Source of the DNA: an uncultured archaeon
GTDB taxonomy: Archaea; Thermoproteota; Bathyarchaeia; Bathyarchaeales; Bathycorpusculaceae
Assembly (NCBI GenBank): GCA_963782915.1
Contig: CAWALK010000010.1
Coordinates: 1 to 13,491 of the forward strand
Direction of reading: 5' to 3'
DNA: 13,491 nt
The position numbers were made by a program, and so were the translations under genes. The notes beneath the pieces were generated by a model. The model made no database searches and was not told the origin of the DNA. It was given only the letters and a program-made list of their open reading frames with translations. Shown one piece after another: positions 8,227 through 13,491 of the stretch. How positions within the stretch are numbered: the stretch's first letter is position 1; each line of letters begins with the position of its first letter.

Positions 8227-9081
8227 ATGACAGAATCCCAAGATGTAACTAGGAATGATTTCTCTTTTCTTATTCGGCGAAAACTTCAAGGTAAGGTATC
8301 GAGGTTATCGTCAAAATTTGGTTGGCGAAAGTTTGACCCAAAAGACTTCAAAACTGAACACCAGGCAATTGTTGTTCCTTCCTTAGCCCCTGATTTTCAC
8401 GACTACAAAATCGTACATATCAGCGATATCCATTATGGACAATGGATTTCTGTTGATCGGCTCAGAGGGGTTGTTGATCTCATCAACCAAATTGACCCTG
8501 ACATTGTTGCAGTAACCGGCGATTTTGTTTCATATTTGCTGAATGATAAAATGGAGGACGAAATAGTAGAGCAGCTTAGTAAATTAAAGCCAAAAGACAC
8601 TGCCGTTGCAGTTTTAGGCAACCATGATCATTGGGCAGGTGCTGAAAGGGTTCGCGATATTTTGAGAAAGAGCAATATCTTGGACATTAGCAATAGTGTA
8701 TTTGAGGCATCGAAGTCAAACTCCAAATTAATTATTGCTGGAGTTGACAGCGTAATGCTCAAGAAAGATCGGTTGGATCTTGTTTTAAAAAAAATGCCTG
8801 CCGATACTCCCGCAATTCTGCTGGTTCATGAGCCAGATTTTGCCACTAAGAGTGCAGCCACCAAACGGTTCAGTCTGCAACTGTCAGGGCATTCGCACGG
8901 AGGCCAATTTGTCATACCAAAATTAGGAACACCCATCAGAGGAAACCAATTCATGAAATACCCACTAGGTATGTACAAGGTTGAAGGAATGACACTCTAT
9001 ACTAACCGCGGTTTAGGAACAAACAGCTATTGGCTGCGCATAAATTGTCCCCCCGAAATAACGGTGATCACTTTATTGTGA
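8227..9081 (+). CDS. Calcineurin-like metallophosphoesterase, YkuE/YaeI-like (284 aa)
   Basis: All five motifs present in order: HISDIH, TGDFV, LGNHDH, LLVHEP, LSGHSHGGQ. C-terminal YTNRGLG...LRINCPPEITVI is typical of the YkuE group. Confidence 0.93.
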   Translation: MTESQDVTRNDFSFLIRRKLQGKVSRLSSKFGWRKFDPKDFKTEHQAIVVPSLAPDFHDYKIVHISDIHYGQWISVDRLRGVVDLINQIDPDIVAVTGDFVSYLLNDKMEDEIVEQLSKLKPKDTAVAVLGNHDHWAGAERVRDILRKSNILDISNSVFEASKSNSKLIIAGVDSVMLKKDRLDLVLKKMPADTPAILLVHEPDFATKSAATKRFSLQLSGHSHGGQFVIPKLGTPIRGNQFMKYPLGMYKVEGMTLYTNRGLGTNSYWLRINCPPEITVITLL

Positions 9082-9090
9082 GGTATATTC

Positions 9091-11043
9091 TTGGTTAAAC
9101 ATGTAAAGCGAACAATCGCACAATTTCTTCTCTTTGCATTAGCAATTTATTTGATATCGTTTGTTACACCAGGCCTCTATATTAGCAACTTTTTCTCAGG
9201 ATTGCTTTTCACCATGTTGTCTGCGTTCTTGATTTTTCTTCTTTGGCCTCTACTTTTGAGGTATCTGGAGCGATTTCTGGTTTTAACTTTTGGATTGGGC
9301 TCTTTTGTTTTAAGTACACTTATTTTGTGGTTGGGCAGTCTTTTGATTCCGGGTGTAACGATTAGTGGTTGGGGCTGGATATTTGCCCCTATAACCGTCG
9401 CCGTTGCTAGTGCGATTGTTACTGTGGTTCTAAATATTGACGACGATGACGTTTACGCTCGTTCAGTCTACTCCCATCTTAAACGTCGAACAGACAAGGG
9501 TAAACTCGAAAATAAAAATGGGAAGCCAGGGTTCGTTTTCTTGGAAATTGACGGTTTATCCGAAGCAGTTCTTAGGCTGGCAATAGATAAAGGCAAAATG
9601 CCCTTCCTCGCCGATTTAGTCAACAAAGGTAGTCATACGATTAGAGGGTGGGAAACCGATCTTTCCTCTCAAACAGGTGCAAGCCAAGCAGGCATACTTC
9701 ACGGTTGTAACAAGGATATTCCTGCTTTTCGCTGGGTAGATAAATCCACTAACAAAATAGTTTCATCAAACGGTATTGGCGATGCACCCATAATTCAAGC
9801 CCGAATTTCTAACGGTAACGGGTTGCTCTCAGCTAATGGCGGAGCAGTTACAAATCTCTTCACAGGCGACTCCAAAGACAATATTTTTGTGTACAGCGTT
9901 GTAAAAGATATCAAGCAATTATACAGTGAATCATGGACAGCATTCTATACTAGACCCTACAATTTTGCAAGGGTTTTCTTGCTTTCATTATTAGACATGA
10001 TTCTTGAAGTCAGGTCTCGTTATAGACAGTGGCGGCGGGATATTCAACCCAGACTTCACCGCCGTGGACTAAAATACTTCATTGGGCGAGCAGGAGCAAA
10101 CGTCATTCTAAGAGAAATAAGCACCTACATCTTAGTGGGCGACATAATCGCAGGCGACAAAGACGTAGTTTACTCTACATATTTCGGTTATGACGAAATC
10201 GCCCATCACTGCGGAATAACTGACGCAGAAAGTTTCTACGCTTTGCAAAAGCTTGACCACAGAATAAGCAGAATCTTTGCCGCACAAAAATATAGCAAAA
10301 GACCCTATAACATCTGCATTCTTTCCGATCATGGGCAAACAAATGGCGCCACATTCAAGCAACGTTTCGGTTTAAGCTTAGATGAACTCGTCAAAAAACT
10401 CTTGCCTGAGAAAGAAACAATCTACCACGAACTAGATTCAAATCAAGATCATTTCTCCCAAATGATAACCGCTCCCAGCGATACAGTTAACCGCAAACTA
10501 AAACCGCACTCTAAAGAGAAAAAACAAAAAAACGCACAAGCCATCGTTTTAGCATCAGGCAATCTTGGCTTGATTTACTTCACCCGATGGCCCCAGCGAA
10601 TGACCTTAGAGGAAATAAATGCAGTTTACCCCGAAATGGTTGAAGGCCTAAAAAATCATGAAGGGGTAGGGTTCATTATGTTAAGATCAAAAGCAGATGG
10701 CCCAATAGTACTGGGGAGAAAAGGCACGTATTACTTGAATAGTAATAAAATTGAGGGTGAAAACCCATTGGAGAAATTCGGAGAACACGCTGCCGCGCAT
10801 CTTTTGAGAACTGATAGTTTCCAGTTTTTGCCTGATATTTTAGTCATGAGTTTATATGACTCTGAAAAAGATGAGGTTGCTGCTTTTGAGGAACTCATAG
10901 GTAGCCATGGTGGGTTGGGAGGCGGTCAGTCTAAACCATTCATTATGTATCCATCTGAGTGGCGTTTGGCTGAGGATGAAATTGTTGGGGCTGAGAGTGT
11001 CTATAAAGTATTCAAGCAATGCATGGAGAAATCGACAGGGTAA
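9091..11043 (+). CDS. N-terminal 4-TM phage-holin-family (YvlD-like) domain fused to an alkaline phosphatase/nucleotide pyrophosphatase-superfamily domain (650 aa)
   Basis: The first ~115 aa are hydrophobic with holin_4_2-like TPGLYI and LTFGLGSFV motifs. AP-superfamily metal/nucleophile motifs follow: LEIDGLS, SSQTGASQAGILHG, YDEIAHH, LSDHG, GSHGG. TTG start 9 nt after the upstream stop, with GAGGT overlapping that stop. Confidence 0.88.
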   Translation: MVKHVKRTIAQFLLFALAIYLISFVTPGLYISNFFSGLLFTMLSAFLIFLLWPLLLRYLERFLVLTFGLGSFVLSTLILWLGSLLIPGVTISGWGWIFAPITVAVASAIVTVVLNIDDDDVYARSVYSHLKRRTDKGKLENKNGKPGFVFLEIDGLSEAVLRLAIDKGKMPFLADLVNKGSHTIRGWETDLSSQTGASQAGILHGCNKDIPAFRWVDKSTNKIVSSNGIGDAPIIQARISNGNGLLSANGGAVTNLFTGDSKDNIFVYSVVKDIKQLYSESWTAFYTRPYNFARVFLLSLLDMILEVRSRYRQWRRDIQPRLHRRGLKYFIGRAGANVILREISTYILVGDIIAGDKDVVYSTYFGYDEIAHHCGITDAESFYALQKLDHRISRIFAAQKYSKRPYNICILSDHGQTNGATFKQRFGLSLDELVKKLLPEKETIYHELDSNQDHFSQMITAPSDTVNRKLKPHSKEKKQKNAQAIVLASGNLGLIYFTRWPQRMTLEEINAVYPEMVEGLKNHEGVGFIMLRSKADGPIVLGRKGTYYLNSNKIEGENPLEKFGEHAAAHLLRTDSFQFLPDILVMSLYDSEKDEVAAFEELIGSHGGLGGGQSKPFIMYPSEWRLAEDEIVGAESVYKVFKQCMEKSTG

Positions 11044-11046
11044 GCG

Positions 11047-11054
11047 TTTTTTTT
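11047..11054 (+). terminator. Oligo-T archaeal-type terminator
   Basis: T8 run 3 nt after TAA at 11041-11043. Confidence 0.5.
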
Positions 11055-11110
11055 CAAAGAAACCTCGCCATTACAACATGGCACTTTTTGGGTTAAACCT
11101 TGTTTACATC

Positions 11111-11329
11111 CTATTCGATAATTCGTTTCCTAATCTCTTCCTGCTGCTCTGGCGAAAACACTTCTTCTTCGCATCTTGGGCACCGAAGCGCTTTAACATC
11201 ATGCAGCACAACGCCGTCGAATTCACAGTCAAAAGTCACTTCTAAATATTCGACGCAGCAGGTTGGACACAGCAACGCGCCCGCTTTAGTGCCCTCCGAC
11301 TTACTGGTTGAATTTTTTGTCAAACTCAT
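11111..11329 (-). CDS. YgiT/MqsA-type zinc-finger protein (72 aa)
   Basis: CPTC...DGVVLHDVKALRCPRCEEEVFSPEQQEEI matches the YgiT-type pattern CxxC...V..V.A..C..C.E..F plus a terminal helix; no HTH. Confidence 0.8.
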   Translation of the reverse strand: MSLTKNSTSKSEGTKAGALLCPTCCVEYLEVTFDCEFDGVVLHDVKALRCPRCEEEVFSPEQQEEIRKRIIE

Positions 11330-11532
11330 CCGTCCAAGCTTTCGCTTTAGCTATGTCCATCTTGCCAAAAACTGGGAAGCCGATAATTTTAAGGTATCCT
11401 CGATTAACCTCGGACCAAAGAAACCAATATCCCCCAATGCACAGGTGGCCATCGGTTGCAGCAGCGAAAGTCCGCTATTGAACCGTGATTACATACAATA
11501 ATTTTTACCCTCGATTACCCTTAGCGGGGTTA

Positions 11533-12573
11533 ATGAACCCAACCACACGTAACCAGCATATTCCCCAGATATCTGTCGTTATGGCAGTTTACAATAAAGC
11601 GCCTTATTTACGTGAAAGCGTAGAGTCCGTTCTAAATCAGGACTTTGGGGAGTTTGAATTGATCTGTGTAGATGTCGCTTCAACCGATAACAGTTTAGAA
11701 ATACTCGAAGAATACGCAGCCCTAGACCCTCGAATAACTATTATCCGTACTTCTTACTCTAAAATTCCGGCGGTAACCAAAAACATCGGCATAGACGCAA
11801 CAAAAGGAGAATACGTATTCAACCTCGACGCAGACGACTACCTGCGAGCTGACACATTAAAAGAGATGTATGCAAAAGCTAAAGAGACAAATGCCGATGC
11901 AGTTATTCCCGATTTGCAAACGGTCTCCCTGAATGGAAGGTATATTCAGCCGTTTATCTCTGGCGTCAAAGGCAACAGACGCGTTTTGTTGACTAATAGG
12001 CAGGCTGTTACGGAAAGCCTTGATTGGACCATTCACGGGTTTGCTTTGTGGAAGGGAGATTTGATCCGCAGAATAAGGCTTGAAGAATTCGGAGCCTACA
12101 GTGACGAGTACTCTGCAAGGGTGTTATTTTTTAACTGTAAAATGATCGCTTTTTGTGGTGGCCTGTATTTTCACAGAATTAACGATCAATCTTTAACTGG
12201 AAAAATAAGTTTACCAATGTATGACCGCCCAGACGCAATTTACAGGGTTGCTTCATTCATTGAAAAGCAACTCTTTAATGAGAAAAACGTTAACAGCCTA
12301 CATTATTCTGTTTTCAAAGATTGCTGTTTTTTGCTCTGTAACACAAAATATTTAGCTGCGTCTGAGATGGCGGAAGCTCAAAGAAGAATTAAAGCAGTTT
12401 ATGACCAAATTGATATGGGGCGGGTTAGGAAAAGCGTTTTTACGTTGACGCCTGGCAGAGCTGCAATATGGCGTCCTAACGGCAGGGTTGGGAAATATAT
12501 TTTTGCGTTTCTGACATTTTTTGGTTGGGGTTTGTTAAATAAGCTACCCTTAAAGCTGCTCTTCAAGGGCTAA
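11533..12573 (+). CDS. Glycosyltransferase family 2 (GT-A fold), ~346 aa
   Basis: ISVVMAVYNKAPYL..SVESVLNQ, ELICVDVASTDNS, KNIGI, and NLDADD (DxD motif). ATG 11533 is preferred over the track's GTG 11485 because the domain begins ~10 aa later and a T/A box lies at ~11498-11507. Confidence 0.92.
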   Translation: MNPTTRNQHIPQISVVMAVYNKAPYLRESVESVLNQDFGEFELICVDVASTDNSLEILEEYAALDPRITIIRTSYSKIPAVTKNIGIDATKGEYVFNLDADDYLRADTLKEMYAKAKETNADAVIPDLQTVSLNGRYIQPFISGVKGNRRVLLTNRQAVTESLDWTIHGFALWKGDLIRRIRLEEFGAYSDEYSARVLFFNCKMIAFCGGLYFHRINDQSLTGKISLPMYDRPDAIYRVASFIEKQLFNEKNVNSLHYSVFKDCCFLLCNTKYLAASEMAEAQRRIKAVYDQIDMGRVRKSVFTLTPGRAAIWRPNGRVGKYIFAFLTFFGWGLLNKLPLKLLFKG

Positions 12574-12600
12574 GCTTAACTGTAATCGGAAAAAGGAACT

Positions 12601-13074
12601 TTAGGCACTGAACTTTTTGCCCAGTTCATCCGCCCAAGCTTCAACCTTATTCAAATCAAGGTTATCGATTACTTTTTTTCCCAGAATCTTCATGCGTCCG
12701 CCAAAAGCTTCAGTTGACACAGCATTAACATTGGGGTACTTCGCTAGTGTGTTTTCGACGAATTTTGCTTTAGCGTCAGCATAACTTTTCGGGTCTCCGC
12801 CTTGTCCTGAAGAAACAAAAAACGCCACTTTTTTACCCTCAAAATTGTTTTCAAGGCATTTTAGGGCTTTGCCATAGATTCTACCTGCCCTCACGCCGCC
12901 GCCGATAACAACGTTGCTGTATTGGGTGCAGTCAGAAATGTTCTGAACTCCCAAATCAACCAAGTCTACTTCTAATTGGTATTTAGAACGCAAAACATCC
13001 GCTATTTTCCGAGCGGACTCTTCGGTTGCGCCGCTTTTGCTTTCGTAGGCGACAAGTGTTTTGTTTTGGCTCAT
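12601..13074 (-). CDS. Flavodoxin-domain protein (Flavodoxin_5/HemG-like, 157 aa)
   Basis: FMN phosphate loop LVAYESKSGATEESARKIA, then VVIGGGVRAG, KVAFFVSS, AFGG, and C-terminal KVEAWADEL. Confidence 0.9.
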   Translation of the reverse strand: MSQNKTLVAYESKSGATEESARKIADVLRSKYQLEVDLVDLGVQNISDCTQYSNVVIGGGVRAGRIYGKALKCLENNFEGKKVAFFVSSGQGGDPKSYADAKAKFVENTLAKYPNVNAVSTEAFGGRMKILGKKVIDNLDLNKVEAWADELGKKFSA

Positions 13075-13443
13075 CTATGCGCTCCCAGACGTGGTTTCTG
13101 GTGTTAGGCGTTTGCCGCAGTTGTGGCAGAAGATTGCGCCTTCAACGTTTTTGGCTCCGCAGTTAGGGCAAACAACGGTTCCGTTTTGGGTTGCTTGGCC
13201 AGGTTGTGTTGATGTTTTTTGTTGCATGTTATCGCTGACTTTCTTAAATGCGGCTTGGGTTTCTTTGGCGGCCATGTTGAATGCTTTTTCAAGTTCCATT
13301 CCAACCATGTAGAAGGCGTCTCTGAGTTCATCGGAGGGATAGGAGACTTTCGCTGTTTTTCCTTGAGGGGTTTTGGTGCCGCATTTTGGGCAGAAGTTTG
13401 CGTCATCGGCGATTTGTGCGCCGCAGTTAGAGCAATAAACCAT
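13075..13443 (-). CDS. Double zinc-ribbon protein (122 aa)
   Basis: Two ribbons, YCSNCG...FCPKCG and VCPNCG...FCHNCG, flank an amphipathic helical linker. Its TAG directly abuts the flavodoxin ATG (TAGATG). Confidence 0.9.
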   Translation of the reverse strand: MVYCSNCGAQIADDANFCPKCGTKTPQGKTAKVSYPSDELRDAFYMVGMELEKAFNMAAKETQAAFKKVSDNMQQKTSTQPGQATQNGTVVCPNCGAKNVEGAIFCHNCGKRLTPETTSGSA

Positions 13444-13480
13444 AATTTATAACACCACTCTAGATGCATGTGTTATCAGA

Positions 13481-13491
13481 ATTTAAGCTTT
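13481..13491 (-). promoter_or_regulatory. BRE/TATA-like box for the zinc-ribbon/flavodoxin operon
   Basis: Minus-strand AAAGCTTAAAT about 40 nt upstream of ATG 13443; GGTG SD-like element in between. Confidence 0.55.

Noticed and set aside
9091-9440. Prophage or lysis cassette suggested by the holin-like domain
   Set aside because: No integrase, capsid, endolysin or att-like repeats; the domain is fused to a phosphoesterase.
11301-11360. Minus-strand 19-codon ORF MDIAKAKAWTDEFDKKFNQ overlapping the zinc-finger start
   Set aside because: Too short to support; it could be chance or a frameshifted N-terminus, and homologues are needed to decide.
11330-11530. tRNA or known riboswitch in the intergenic region
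   Set aside because: No cloverleaf with correctly placed D and T arms and no riboswitch consensus I recognise; only one hairpin.
12601-13074. Assigning hemG
   Set aside because: The fold family fits, but there are no haem-pathway neighbours and the protein is short, so function cannot be fixed from sequence.
8433-13469. Short track ORFs 8433..8621, 10132..10362, 10907..11245, 11100..11501, 13061..13312, 13104..13469, 13219..13452
   Set aside because: Overlap stronger genes antisense or off-frame; no recognisable features.

Overview
Archaeal-style DNA: BRE/TATA-like AAGCTT(T)AA boxes lie about 40 nt upstream of several starts, and there are oligo-T terminators. The overall style suggests Bathyarchaeia/TACK, which is an inference only. 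The left half holds the main signal. A large tubulin/FtsZ-superfamily GTPase with intact T1/T3/T4/T7 motifs and a long helical insertion appears as two ORFs in the track but reads as one ~900-aa gene (~317..3018) broken by a single-base frameshift near 1912. It converges on a second, highly degenerate tubulin/FtsZ-fold protein (3061..4632) with an eroded GTP-binding signature and a Pro/Glu-rich, basic tail. That gene shares a 61-bp divergent promoter with an 803-aa polytopic membrane/coiled-coil protein. The 3' end of a membrane-anchored protein lies just upstream of the GTPase. The right half is accessory: a membrane-anchored hypothetical, a metallophosphoesterase plus holin-like/alkaline-phosphatase-superfamily pair, an orphan YgiT-type zinc finger, a GT2 glycosyltransferase, a flavodoxin-domain protein and a double zinc-ribbon protein. 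I saw no rRNA, tRNA, CRISPR array or transposase.
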